A stretch of DNA of 64,000 nucleotides, from contig NC_052154.1 of assembly GCF_902713615.1 (NCBI RefSeq), positions 111,172,817 to 111,236,816 on the forward strand, in the 5' to 3' direction. Both the position numbers and the translations under genes were made by a program. The notes beneath the pieces are model-generated. The model was given only the letters and a program-made list of their open reading frames with translations. It did not search any database and was not told where the DNA came from. Within the stretch, counting starts at the first letter, position 1. The number at the start of each line of letters is the position of its first letter. This DNA comes from Scyliorhinus canicula (lineage: Eukaryota). Shown here piece after piece: positions 24,703 to 37,346 of this stretch.

Positions 24703-25082
24703 CAGGGGTGGGCAAACTTTTCCGTGCAAGGGCCGCATTCAGAAATTCACAATTCACAAAGGGCCGCATAGTATATTAAGTAAAATAATTACTTCACCCG
24801 GTTATGATTCTGGGCGCCTCATATAGAACATAGAACAGTACAGCACAGAACAGGCCCTTCGGCCCTCGACGTTGTGCCAAGCAATGATCACCCTACTCAA
24901 GTCAACGTATCCACCCTATGCCAGTAAGTAATCCAACAGCCCCCCCCACCCATTAACCTTTAAAAAAAAAATTTTTTTTTTTTAGAAAAATTATTTTTAT
25001 TTTTTTTTAATGACTTGGTGGGCCGCAGAAATACCTTTGGCGGGCCGCATGCGGCCCGCGGGCCGTAGTTTGCCCACCCCTG
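24703..25082. mobile_element. hAT (Charlie-like) MITE, 380 bp, containing a SINE 3' fragment
   Basis: Perfect 16-bp TIR CAGGGGTGGGCAAACT/AGTTTGCCCACCCCTG; perfect 8-bp TSD ATCTAGGC (24695-24702, 25083-25090). Confidence 0.96.
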
Positions 25083-25444
25083 ATCTAGGCAGTACATTCG
25101 CACACAAACCTCAGCTCACATTCACTTATTTTCAATTTTCTTTCAACCCTGACATTTTATCCCACACTGGATCGAGGTTGCAGCAAAACACAACGGCCGC
25201 ATGGACAATCAGCCCGTCGGACAGCCATAAAGGCACGTGGGCCATGTAAAATCATTTTCAATTGATCCCTGAATGGGCTAAGTTGCCTTCGTGATTGTCA
25301 TCGGGCACGCTTCTGCCTCTTGCGCCCAACCACCAAACAAAGTATCGCGCAAGTCCATGCTGACATTGTGGTGAATGTAGGAAATTGTAACATGTATTTT
25401 ATATTTTGTTGTAGTAATGTTATTAAAAGTCCTGGGTTGGATTA

Positions 25445-26275
25445 GATATTTTTATTAAACTTTTATCGTTTTGGACATTATCAACAACAGTAAACCAAAC
25501 AATAAGAACAGTAAGCTAGTAACCCCCCCCCCCCCCCCTTTTACAACATTCCCCCCCCACACCTCTTCCACCCCACTCACTTCACCCCCCCCCCCACACC
25601 TCTTCCACCCCACTCACTTCACCCCCACCCCCCCACACCTAACAGCTAAAGTGACCAATTCCTTAAAGTACAACACGAACGGTTGCCATCTATGGCACAA
25701 CCCTTCAATTGATTCCCTCACGGTATATTTGACCTTCTCAAAGAACAAAAACTGAGGAATATTCACCTCTGAGCTACCAGTGAGTTGAATGCCAAGGCAT
25801 CTGCGCCTCCATGCATCTGCAGCTCTGGCAGGTCTGATACCCCGAACATTGGCAGAGCTCCAGCTCATTATTCAGGATTTCCAATATGGTGCTGAAAAAA
25901 GAGACCCAGAAACCCACAAGCTGGAGACAGGTCCAGAACATGTGCATGTGGTTTGAGGGCCTCTCGAACAGCGTTCTCAACTATCCTCATCTCCCTCAAA
26001 AAGGCACCCTAAACACAACCTTGAGGCTGGATCAGACTCAGCTTCGCACAGGATAACGTGGTATTCAGCCTGCGGAGGGACACACTCCGCACCTCCTCAT
26101 CCATTATGGTCCCAGCTCTTCCTCCCACTTAGCCTTCACCCCCTGCACCAAGACCAACTCCTCCCCCAAAATCCATCCATATATGCCGGACGAACTACCC
26201 TCTTCCGACTCTGAGCAGGAAAGAATCCTATCCAAAAAGGTTGAAAGCGGAGCCACCAGAAATGTGGGGAACATC
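25445..26275 (-). mobile_element. Truncated L1 3' fragment
   Basis: ORF2 C-terminal motifs (HMFWTC; FLFFEKVKY…RWQPF) and C-rich 3'UTR. Confidence 0.85.
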
Positions 26276-27397
26276 TTTTCCAATTAAGGGACAATTTAGC
26301 GTGTTCAATCCACCTACCCTGCACATCTTTGGGTTTGTTGCTCGTTCTGAGTTAGTGTGTTTAACACTCCTCCAACAGAGGAAGTGTGCTTAACACTCGC
26401 TTGGCTCTGTTTCTTATTTCTATGCTCTGGAGTCGCCAGGTGCCGTAAGAGACACCGTCACAAGCATCAAGGTCAAGTTCAAAGCAATAAAGCTATACAC
26501 CAATTAGTAAGTCCAAACAGTTAGAGTTTATTATAACAGTTATAATAAATACTCATGCACACGCTAAAGACTAACTTACTTCTCTACCATTAAACGACTA
26601 ATACTTATCTAAGAAGGAACAGGCAAGGTCAGGGAACAAGGCCTTCGTTCCGTTCTGGTCTGCAACTTCTTGATACTACTGGTCGGCACGGGTATAAGTA
26701 ATGCCTGGGTCAAGGTAGCGATCATCGTTTTGGCACTTACTTATCGATCGCTGCTGCTCGACGGCTGGTGTAAAAGACAGGATCTGGAGGCTGGAGTTGG
26801 AGGCCGGAGACAGGAGACCGAACCATGTGCGGGACCTTCTTTTATAGGTCCCAGGAGGCCCGTGCCCCTTGGGGCAGGCTTCCTCACCCGCTAGGGATCG
26901 ATTGGGCCTTTCCCCAATCGATATGGTTTGAACTCCCCTATCCTAGGGTCGTTCCTTGATGGCTGGGGCGGTTCTTAGGACTCATTGTCCTGGTTTTGCT
27001 GGCTCCAGCGTGTCTGCTTCTCTATTGAAAGTATCAATAGATACTTGAGTGTATCTATTGTGCCCGGGACTGCCCCGGTATCACCTCATTAGTATGTAGA
27101 TGGCTTTCCCATTAACAGCGCTACCTGAACTCTGCAGCTGTCGGGAAACCGGTTTTTGCAAGTGTCCCAATGCTTAAAGCTTCTGCAAGCTGTTTGCTTT
27201 TGACCATGTCCATTTTTCCCTGCACTCTTTGCAGTCTTCCATTTTGTATTCACTGGTGTCCATCTTAGATGGCTACAGGTTATGGGGGCGAAACCCAAGC
27301 AAACACGGGGAGAACATGCAAACTCCACACGGACTGTGACCCAGAGCCGGGATCGAACCTGGGAAACTGGGAACCCACTACGCCACCCTGCTGCCCT
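26276..27397 (-). mobile_element. HE1-type SINE (short subtype) split by a solo LTR
   Basis: Tail ttccaattaagggacaattt at 26278; head …gggatcgaacc…ctgctgccc at 27349-27397. Confidence 0.88.
26336..27277 (-). mobile_element. Solo LTR (942 bp)
   Basis: TGT…ACA ends; 4-bp TSD GGTT (26332-26335 / 27278-27281); minus-strand TATAAAA near 26845 and AATAAA near 26530. Confidence 0.9.
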
Positions 27398-27399
27398 AG

Positions 27400-28775
27400 A
27401 AAATATTTTATTAAGGCATATAGAACATTTTAACAATTTTTCAAGAGGAAAAAACAACAAAGCAAATAACACCCACCAACCAATAACCAAACCCAGCCAA
27501 CATGGCTTACATACACAATTCACTGGTCCCCCTTTCCCGCTAACTATTTCCCATCTCATTCAGCTCCCAAGCCTCCCTCTTCCCCTTTAACCCCCCCTCC
27601 CCCTCCCCTTCCGTTTTCTGCTAACAGCTTAATTTTCGCCAAAGAATTCGATAAATGGCTGCCACCTCCGGGCAAACCCCAGCATCGATCCTCTCAGGGC
27701 GAACTTGATCTTCTCAAGCCTGAGAAACCCGGCCTTGTCACAAACCCATACCCCCGATTTCAGGGGCTCCGAGTCCCTCCAAGCCAACAAGATTCGACTC
27801 CGGGCTACCAAGGAGGCAAAGGCCAAAACATGAGCCTCTCTCGCCCCCTGGACTCATGAGTCTTCTGGCACACCAAAAATCGCCAACTCTGGACTCGGGT
27901 ACACCCGTACCTTCAATACCTTAGACATGGCATCAGCAAATTCGTGCCAAAATCTCCGGAGCCTCGGACATGTCCAAAACATGTGGAAATGATTTGCAGG
28001 CCCTCCCGCACTCCACCCACATCTGCTCATACGGGGCAGTCATATGGGCCCTGTGGACCACCTTAAAATGTATCAGGCTAAGCCTGGCACATGATGAGAA
28101 TGCGTTGACTCTGCTCAGGACATCCTCCTACAACCCCGCCTCTAATTCCCTGCCCAATTATTCTTCCCACTTTCGCTTCACATCCCAATCGGGGCCACCT
28201 CCCATTCCGTGAGCTTTTTAGAAATCTTTATAAATTTCCAAGACTTTCTCCTCCCCCACTCCAGTTTTCGACACGACCTTGTCCTGAATCCCCTGGGGTG
28301 GCAGGTGCAGAAAGGTCGAAACTTGCCTCTGCACAAAGTCCCTCACCTTCAGGTAGCGCAACCCATTTCCACCCGGCAGCTCAAACTCCTCCTCCAGATC
28401 CTCCAAGCCCACCCCCCCCCCCCCCCCCCCACCCCACCCGCGTATTACCCCCTGCCAGTCCTTCAATGCTCACAATGCCATCGCCAGTGGCTCTATGGCC
28501 AAGGCAAACCAGTGGGGAGAGTGGACATCCCTGCCTCGTCCCCCGGTGCAGCCTAAAATAATCCGAGCTACCCGGTTCATCCGCACACTCGCTACCAGTG
28601 CCTGATACAGCAACCAGACCCAGTCCACAAAAACCCAACCCAAACCAAAACTGCCACAAGACCTCTCACAGATACTCCCACTCCACCCGAACGAAGGTCT
28701 TCTCTGCATCCATGGCGACCATCACCTCCACCTCTCTTCCCTTGGAGGGCATCATAATCACATTTAAAGCCTTCT
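27400..28775 (-). mobile_element. Truncated L1 with internal deletion
   Basis: AFASLVAR…LEKIKF…RWQPF (27629-27826); GTRQGCPLSP (28381-28659). Confidence 0.88.
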
Positions 28776-29905
28776 AATGTTCGCAGCTATGGATCAGCAT
28801 GTCCAAGGCATGGAACAATCTGTGCAGGCAGTGGCTGAGGCCCTGAACAGGGCTGCCATGTGCACGGGCCACCTGGACATTGCAGCGCTGCTCCTGAGCA
28901 TGGCCCAGTCACAGCGACCCATGGCTGAGAGCATGAGCAGCATTGCTCAGGTGCTGGCAAACTTGGCGTAGACACAGAGGGAGATGGTGCAGTCACTGGC
29001 TGATGTGGCACACGCCCAGAGGTGGTGGCACAGTCACAGTGTGATGTGGCACATCCCAGATGGAGGTGGTTCACTCCCTGTGCTCCATGACCACGAGCAT
29101 GCAGACCCTGGTCAAGACGGCAGTGAGCCATCAGGACTGGCAGTGCCAGGTTGCGAGGGGGCCTCAGGCGACGGCTCTATTCACACCCCTGTCCCAGAGG
29201 CCATCAGGCACCCCGAGGGAGGAGGAGGGGATGGGACCCATGTTGGTGACTCCCATAGGGGAGGTGCCAGATCACTGCAGCACCTCAGGCTTCCCTCCTG
29301 CTGTCCCTGCTGCATCTGGTGGGCGTCGGAAAGAACAGGGTGGCATCACGCCACCTGGGATACCCAATGAGCAGCTGGGCCCATCCAGGCTGGGTCGCCC
29401 CAGGAGACGCCTGCCAAAGGGGACCGAGCTAGGGCGGGAATCACAGCAGACCGCCTCCACTCCTGATGTACCATCTGGGGATCCATCTAGACATAGCTTT
29501 AGGCCAGAAAGTTGGACACAAGTTAAGTTTGCACGGGTCAGGACACAGTTTGGCGATAGTGGCTTGGACACAAATCTGTATACATGTTTTCACATTAAAC
29601 ACCTGTGCACAATGATACAACCTGCCTCGGTGCTCTGTCAGATGGGTGTGAGCGGTGGGCTGGCCGCAGAGGGAGTCGCGGTGTAAATGTGTGGTCATTA
29701 GGGGTAAGCATGGCTCAGGGACTGCAGTTTAGCCAATGCTCACCCCTCCGGTGTCATCTCCCCACCCTTCCCCATCGTCCCCACCTCCGCCATCCCTGGG
29801 AATCAATTGGACCGCATGATGGAATGGCCAGCTCGCATGCAGGGATCACCCAGGTGGATGGTGGTAAGTGCTACAGTAGGCAGGAGTCAGATGTTGTCAA
29901 ACGAT
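28776..29905 (+). mobile_element. Decayed coding fragment with heptad repeats; possibly a Harbinger accessory (Myb/SANT-associated coiled-coil) gene remnant
   Basis: Heptad-periodic translation (SMAQSQR PMAESMS SIAQVLA…DVAHAQR…) followed by an S/P/G-rich tail; contains a stop and frameshifts; family assignment is inference. Confidence 0.35.
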
Positions 29906-29909
29906 GAGC

Positions 29910-31188
29910 AGCAAAAAGGCTATGTCCAATGTGGTAGGGGGCGAGATGGAGCCGTGCCCGTCTGTCGAGGTCTTCAGGGTATCAGAGCATCCAGAGCTCT
30001 GGAAGGAAAAGAGGTGGACGCCTTGGCCTTCGCCTCACTGATCGCCAGGCGGAGACTTCTGCTAGGATGGAGATCGGCAGCACTGCCCCGGGCCTCGGAA
30101 TGGTTCGCAGACCTGTCCCAATTCCTGAGGCTGGAGAAAATCTAATTCAAAATAAGAGGGTTTGAACAGACGTTCCACATAGAACATAGAACAGTACAGC
30201 ACAGAACAGGCCCTTCGGCCCTCAATGTTGTGCCGAGCCATGATCACCCTACTCAAACCCACGTATCCACCCTATACCCGTAACCCAACAACCTCCCCCT
30301 TAACCCTACTTTTATTAGGACACTACGGGCAATTTAGCATGGCCAATCCACCTAACCCGCACATCTTTGGACTGTGGGAGGAAACCGGAGCACCCGGAGG
30401 AAACCCACGCACACAGGGGGAGGACGTGCAGACTCCACACAGACAGTGACCCAGCCGGGAATCGAACCTGGGACCCTGGAGCTGTGAAGCATTTATGCTA
30501 ACCACCATGCTACCCTGCTGCCCCTTGTGGAGCAAATTCACAAACTTATTCACGGACCTGTTTGCAACCAGCAGACAGTCAGAGGAAGGAGTGGAAGAGG
30601 GTTAGGGGCTTTTCACAGTAACTTCATTTGAAGTCTACTTGTGACAGTAAGCGATTTTCATTTCATTTCAAGAGGGAGGGGAGTGGGAGTAGAAAATGGG
30701 GGGATAGGGCAGCTGCCGAGAGAGAGGAGAGCTAGAGAAGAATGGGGAAGGAAGGAGGAGAAGTAACATATACTGGAGGGAGCACAGGCCTCCCCTATAT
30801 GAGGAAAAACAGGGGTAACAAGCAGACCCACCTCCTCTCGAAGGGGGGATGTGAAATTCCCCCCAACGGAATGAAGGCTACAGACAAACAAGGGGGGAGA
30901 CACTAAACGTACCAGGATGCAGAAGGAGAAAACATGAAGCGACTCCTACCACTAAGCAACAGGGACCCAAAGTGTTCTGAAAATCGAACGTTGTTGTACA
31001 AATGTGAATACAATCCAGCTTTATAGCCCCGATCACGGATATGGTAACAAGGAGGGGTCCGAGGTTGGCCTTCAAATCTATGCCATCGTACAATACTTTA
31101 TATGTGAAACTCATTTTTTTTCTTTCCTTGTTTATTTTGTAATTGTTATTTGAAATGTCCCCAATAAAAATATTTTCAAAAAAAAATT
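29910..31188 (+). mobile_element. L1 3' fragment (plus strand) interrupted by SINE
   Basis: ALAFASLIARRRLLLGW…FLRLEKI; G-rich 3'UTR; aataaa followed by A-run at 31163-31188. Confidence 0.82.
30177..30524 (-). mobile_element. HE1 SINE, long subtype
   Basis: (catagaa)n tail; full core; head …accctgctgcccc. Confidence 0.95.
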
Positions 31189-31251
31189 GATAATTCCATG
31201 TGCATGCCTCCAATATTTGGCACAGAGGGTTTATAGGTGAGGATTATTCTT

Positions 31252-32026
31252 TTTTTTTAATATAATTTTTATTGGAATTTTTTACAGAAAATATAAAACG
31301 TAACGACAAACAATGAAATGCAACAAAATAACCCATAATAACTGTAACACCCCCGGACCGTATCGACGCATGTATCCCATCCCCCACCTCCCCAATCCCA
31401 ATGAACAACAGAAGAACTTAAAAATAAATTTAAATTAAATAAACAAACATAGTCATCGTCCGCCCCCCCCCCCCCCCCCCCCCCCACCTTTTACCTCCCA
31501 CTTCCCCCCCACCCCCCCCGGGTTGCTGCTGCTACTGTCCCCGTACCCTATCGTTGAGCCAGAAAGTCGAGAAAAGGTTGCCACCGCCTAAAGAACCCTT
31601 GTACCGACCCTCTCAGGGTGAATTTGATCTTCTCTAGCTTAATGAAACCCGCCATGTCATTGATCCAGGTCTCCACGCTTGGGGGCCTCGCATCCTTCCA
31701 TTGTAGCAAGATCCTTCGCCGGGCTACTAGGGACGCAAAGGCCAGCACACCGGCCTCTTTCGCCTCCTGCACTCCCGGCTCCACCCCAACCCCAAAAATC
31801 ACGAGTCCCCATCCTGGCTTGACCCTGGATCCCACCACCCTCGACACCGTCCTCGCCACCCCCTTCCAGAACTCCTCCAGTGCCGGGCATGCCCAGAACA
31901 TATGGGCATGGTTCGCTGGACTCCCCAAGCACCTGACACACCTGTCTTCACCCCCAAAGAACCTACTCATCCTCGTCCCAGTCATGTGGGCCCGGTGCAG
32001 CACCTTGAATTGGATGAGGCTAAGCC
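31252..32026 (-). mobile_element. 5'-truncated young L1 (same subfamily as 16722-22337)
   Basis: 15-bp TSD gtgaggattattctt (31237-31251 / 32027-32041); ORF 31548-32003 with C-x2-C…H-x3-C region; high similarity to 16980-17450. Confidence 0.95.
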
Positions 32027-32229
32027 GTGAGGATTATTCTTGATGTAATATTGAATGAAGTTTTCTACCTAGTATTGAATTTCAGACTGGCGCTCAGAGT
32101 TGATGCCCACTCTTCAGAGAGTTTGCTCCCAAATTAATTCTGCAAACTTGGTGATTCAGAAGCTTCTCATTCTCAATACAAGTTTGACCGAGATAACATT
32201 CCATCATACCAGATCCAATTCCAACATAA

Positions 32230-33100
32230 AGAGAAGCCCACGACAACTACCATCTAGAAGGACAAGGGCAGCAGATGCATGGGAACATCACCACCGAAGC
32301 CGCACACTATCCTAACTGGGAAATGTATCGGCGTTCCTTTACTGTCGCTGGGTCAAAATCCTGGAACACCATCCCGAACAGCACTCTGAGTACACCGACA
32401 CCTCAGTTACGTCCGCGGTTAAAGGCAGCTCATCACTTTCTCAATGGCAGTTAGGGCTGGGCAATAAGTCTAAGCCTAGCCATCTCATGAATTAATAAAA
32501 TAAAAACTTCTAACATATCAGAGCCAATTCCATTATACCAGACTTAATTCCATCATAGCTGATTATAACAGACTCTTACATTTACAATTATTGAATTTTA
32601 AGGTACCAAATCTTTTTGCATTGACTGCCACTGTATAGAATTCCAATTCAACTTGCGTTTTACTCCTTGAGAAGAATTAACAGTAAACCATAAAGAGCGC
32701 TCCTGCTAAAATTGACTTGCCTATAGTAGAATCCCAGCTGAAGTTTTATTACATATGAATATGTATATTACTTTTTGGTTATAATTTCTCAATCTTGCAT
32801 ATTTGAGGGCAAACATGAAGTATTACTTTTTCACGCCCTAGTCTCTTGTTAATTGACACTTGCCTGGATAAGTGCAGCTGCAACAACACCCAAGAAGCTT
32901 GACACCATCCAGGACAAAGCAGCCGACTTGTTTGGCAGCCCATTCACCAGTCTAAACATTCGGTCTCCCCAACACCAGCTCATAGTGGCAGCAGCATAAC
33001 CATTTACAAGATGCACTACAGTCACCAGCTAAGGCACCTCTAACATCACTTCCCAAATCCACAACCTCTGCCACCCCCAGAAAGACACAAGCAACAGATC
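32230..33100 (+). mobile_element. Degenerate CR1/L2-group LINE 3' fragments (two pieces)
   Basis: cttgcctggataagtgcagctgcaacaacacccaagaagcttgacaccatccaggacaaagcagcc (LAW.SAA.TT.KKLDTIQDKAA); related 3' piece at 32245-32505. Confidence 0.65.
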
Positions 33101-33234
33101 TCTCTAAGATCATTAGAGTAGGCCATTCAACCCATCGAGCCTGCTCTGCCTTTCAGTAAGATTGTGGCCTTAACACCACTTTCCTGCCTGACCCCATAAC
33201 TCTTCACTCGCTTGTCATCAAAAAGCCCTCTTAT

Positions 33235-33432
33235 GGACTGACCTGATTATTACTACATTCCTGTATGCTTCACTCGATGCCTGTGTCTATGTATTTACAT
33301 TGTGTACCTTGTGTTGCCCTATTATGTATTTTCTTTTTATTTTATTTTCATGTACTTAATGATTTGTTTGAGCTACTCACAGAAAAATACTTTTCACTGT
33401 ACCTCGGCACACGTTACAATAAATAAATCCAA
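33235..33432 (+). mobile_element. LINE 3'UTR fragment (Rex/Babar-like tail)
   Basis: acttttcactgtacctcggcacacgttacaataaa terminal motif. Confidence 0.45.
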
Positions 33433-33559
33433 TCAAAATCATTATTTATAGTTAACCTTTACTTGTTTCTAAAATGTTCCCAATCTCTTGGCCTACTACT
33501 AACTGATGCAAAATTGCACAACCTTAGTTTCAATTTTACGTCATCCTTAACTTCTCTAG

Positions 33560-34930
33560 TTAGCTATGGATGGTACATCCTTCTCATAGAGTCTTCCTGT
33601 GACTGTGATATGCGACCCATTCTCATCCTCCTTGATGTCTTTGCAGCCTTTGACATAGTCAACCATAGAATCATTCTTCATGCCTTTCAGTTGAATGGGA
33701 GTACCTTTCTTTGGTTTCATTTTTACCATCTATAATCATAGTTGGCTCATCCCAGGCAGTGTTTTCTCTTCCTGCTTACTCACACAAGGAATTGCCGTTG
33801 GTGCTCTCCATTGTCCATCACCTCTATGTTGTCAGGCTGCTTGTCCAACGTACAGTCTTGAATTAACTTATCTCTTCCAGTTGAACATTAGGAAAACTGA
33901 AGCCAACATCTTCAGCCCAGAAACATAAACTCTGTTCCCTTGCCATCAATTCTATTTCACCCTGCTTGGTCATTGCCTCAGATTGAAATAGGTTGTTTGC
34001 AATTCTGAGCTGACCTTCTCACCCTCTAACCTCTCCATGACCTGGACTGATTTCTTCATCTCTGTAACATTAGGCAGCACGATAGCATGGTGGTTAGCAT
34101 CAATGCTTCACAGCTCCAGGGTCCCAGGTTCGATTCCCGGCTGGGTCACTGTCTGTGCGGAGTCTGCACGTCCTCCCCGTGTGTGCGTGGGTTTCCTCCG
34201 GGTGCTCCGGTTTCCTCCCACAGTCCAAAGATGTGCGGGTTAGATGGATTGGCCAGGCTAAATTGCCCTTAGTGTCCTAAAGGAATAATGTTAATGGGGG
34301 TTGTTGGGTTACTGGTATAGGGTAGATACGTGGGCTTGAGTAGGGTGATCATTGCTCGGCACAACATTGAGGGCCGAAGGGCCTGTTCTGTGCTGTACTG
34401 TTCTAATTCTTAATTCTAATTACTTACCTCCTCACTTAACTATTTGAATAAGCTCTCCTGACTTCCCTACCGTCCTCCATAAATTTCAGTTCATCCAAAA
34501 CTCTGCCTGTGGCATCCTATCCCACACCAAGTCCTTCCCACCAATCAGCTCTCTGTTCAGTCCCTATAATTTAAAATTCACATCTCTTTTAAATCCCTTC
34601 GTGGCATTTCCCTCCTGATTTCGGTAATCTCCAGTCCTACTAACCCCCACTCCCAGAACACTGCATTCCTTGATCCTCACCACCTTTGCATTTCCTCTTA
34701 GCCATTGGGGGCCATACTTTCTGCTGCTAAGGCCTCTTGTTTTGGAATTCCTTCTCTCACCTCCACGCCTAGCTACCTCTCTCTCCTCATTTAAGGTCCT
34801 CCATAAAATCCTCTCTTTGACCCAGGTTCGGCTCACCCCTCCTAATATCTTCTTTGATATCAAAAGTTTTTGTCTGCCCCTCAATGTAGCACCTTGAGGA
34901 TGTTATTTTTTATGTTAAAGACAGCACATA
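33560..34930 (+). mobile_element. Degenerate L2 LINE fragment
   Basis: LILLDVFAAFDIVNH corresponds to the L2 RT motif LLDLSAAFDTVDH; later LQLN..KTE and L2-like 3' end. Confidence 0.75.
34072..34420 (+). mobile_element. HE1 SINE, long subtype
   Basis: ggcagcacgatagcatgg…gggcctgttctgtgctgtactgttctaattct. Confidence 0.95.
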
Positions 34931-37346
34931 AATTGCCATGGTCTTGGCTGTCATTGTTCTGTTGTTTCCTTCCTTACCCTTAAGTCCAGCGATATATTTA
35001 ATGGTGTATCACCCTTATATGTTACCAAGAAAATGAGAAATAGAAGCAGGAATGGGTCATTCAGCCCTTCCAGTGTACACTGCCATTCAATATAATCATG
35101 GCTGATCTTCCAGTCCCCCACCCTTCTGCATTGTCTCCATCTCCATTAATCCCTTGGTATCTTCACTGATGTTTCACTTAAAGCTATGGAGGGTACCATT
35201 CATGAGATTCACATTTGTTTTCAGTTGGGTTTTCTAACACTTAGGGTTACATAATAGGGTTTAAAAAGGAGCCAATTTAACCAGGTTTTCTTGAGATAAA
35301 ATTGAGCGAGTTTATTAACTACTATTAACTACCTTCAGTGAAAAAATACCTTCAGCTGCTTATTCACACAGAGCACAAACGCAGAGAGACTGGGGCAGCT
35401 TTGAAACTGGCCTTTAACCCATTCTTTGTATATTCCACCTGGGAAGGCAAATCCACAATTCCATCTCGGCATTACTCACATGATCTCTTGACACGCGATG
35501 GCTATTTTGTCCCTTTATCTTTAACGGAGATGGTGACCAGTCCGGATGTTTTTCAGGAGTACCTTGTCAGGAAACAGGGAAGGGTTCCATTGTCCCTTAG
35601 AGAATCACCCTGCAACAATCCAGCTAGTCGTGGCTTGTGTGTACCTTCTCAGCCATCTTTGGGTTTGTGTCCATTTTTTTAAAAACTCAGATCTTTTTTA
35701 AAGTTCAGTATTTTGTGGGTAATTCCATGTTTTTTCCCCATCACCATGACAGTCTATATTCCCTATTGTTTCCATTTTTACTCATGCGCCAGTTAAAGAA
35801 CACGGAACATTTCCCTGAGGCACTTTGAGAAAACGCACAGCACTGAGGTAACCTCAAACTTGTTTACTTGTTATAATTGGAAGTCATAGCTAATCTCTTG
35901 CAGTGACATTGGACTGGAGCTGGGTAATTCAGCCAAGATCAGCAAGCTATTTATAATCAATCATGGCCTGTTACCTTGAGACAATGCCACAAGCACATTT
36001 CAGAAAGCATCACTCACTGGTGGAATCTGTCTTCTTGCTGAGTGCTTCCTGCCGTTTCTGTTGAGGCTGAATTGCTTATTTAAGGACTAATGGACCATTG
36101 AACATAGAATGGGACAATTGGCTGCTTTCTGCAGATGGTGTAATTTCTGAGCAGAGCAAAGAATTTCTTCACAAATCAGTCACGGGCTTTACAGAATTCA
36201 ACTTTGTTGAAAGTAAAATTGAAAGGGAATTTTTGGATGTAGAACCTTAATTTTCTAATCAAAGTGAAAAGCAGCCTTCCTCCCTCAAAACGCCCCAACC
36301 ATTGTGTTATGTAGGGTTAATAGCTATCATGTTAATAACTGACATGAATCACCAGCGATTGTAGTCTGAGGATGTTCGGCAGAGTAAGGGTTAATCTGGG
36401 ATGGAAGAATAGTACCACCAATGCTATGGTGTTGAGAGTCACATGATAGTAGACTATGTGAGGAGTAGAGTCTGCAAGGAGTGGACACAGAACCTCCATC
36501 TTTGCTTAACAATATCTTAGATGTGTACATGGTCATAAGTTAACAATAAACTGTTTATTTTTACCATTGTGAAACATCAAACAACATTTACAGCAGTGAT
36601 GTCTGATCATGTGTCAATGGACCTCAGAGAAAGATCCTTGGAGGGAACCTTGTGCTTATCTATTCCTGTATGTGGTGGTTTATAGTTAATAAACTTTCAG
36701 AAGTTCCTGGATGCCTTGTTTCCATTAGTCTCTGTTAAACGCACCCAGGAACCGATTATGACGGTACTTCATGATGGCAGAGGTAAACGTATCGAATAGC
36801 AAGTATCTTTCACAAAACTGCCAGTGGCGGGCAAGTGAAAGCCATCAGCAATAAAGCAGTGAAGGAATAATGGCGGCAAAGAATTTGAAGGAATCCAAAG
36901 AATTCACTTAAAGTAAAGGACAATCATGGGAAAAGCCTGAACTCTACCTTTGACCATGTAGAAGTCACAGACTGAGTAGGGTTCTGGCAACACTGGTGTC
37001 ACAGATTCGACAACTTTCGGCTGCTTCGGGGTAAACACAGAGCCTGATAAAGAACTGGTCAACATACTCTTCTATTCCATTGGCACAGCATAGACAACAT
37101 TTTAATAAGGCTGGTTGATAAGGACACTGCAACCTCTCGCAAATAAGGAAGTTATGGAGGCCTTTGATTCATATTTCAGTCTTTGGAGTATACATTATTA
37201 TAGACTGGGTGAGGTTTAACAGATGCACTAGGGAATTTGGCGGAAGTGTTGAATTTTCCAATAAGTGACTTGTATGGTTTGTCTGATAGCTGTGAGTATG
37301 GGGCTCCAAAGGATGAGCTCATCTGAGACCATGTTGTGGTGGGAGT

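Noticed and set aside
35230-35950. Possible solo LTR
   Set aside because: LTR-like composition, but TG…CA termini and TSD could not be resolved.
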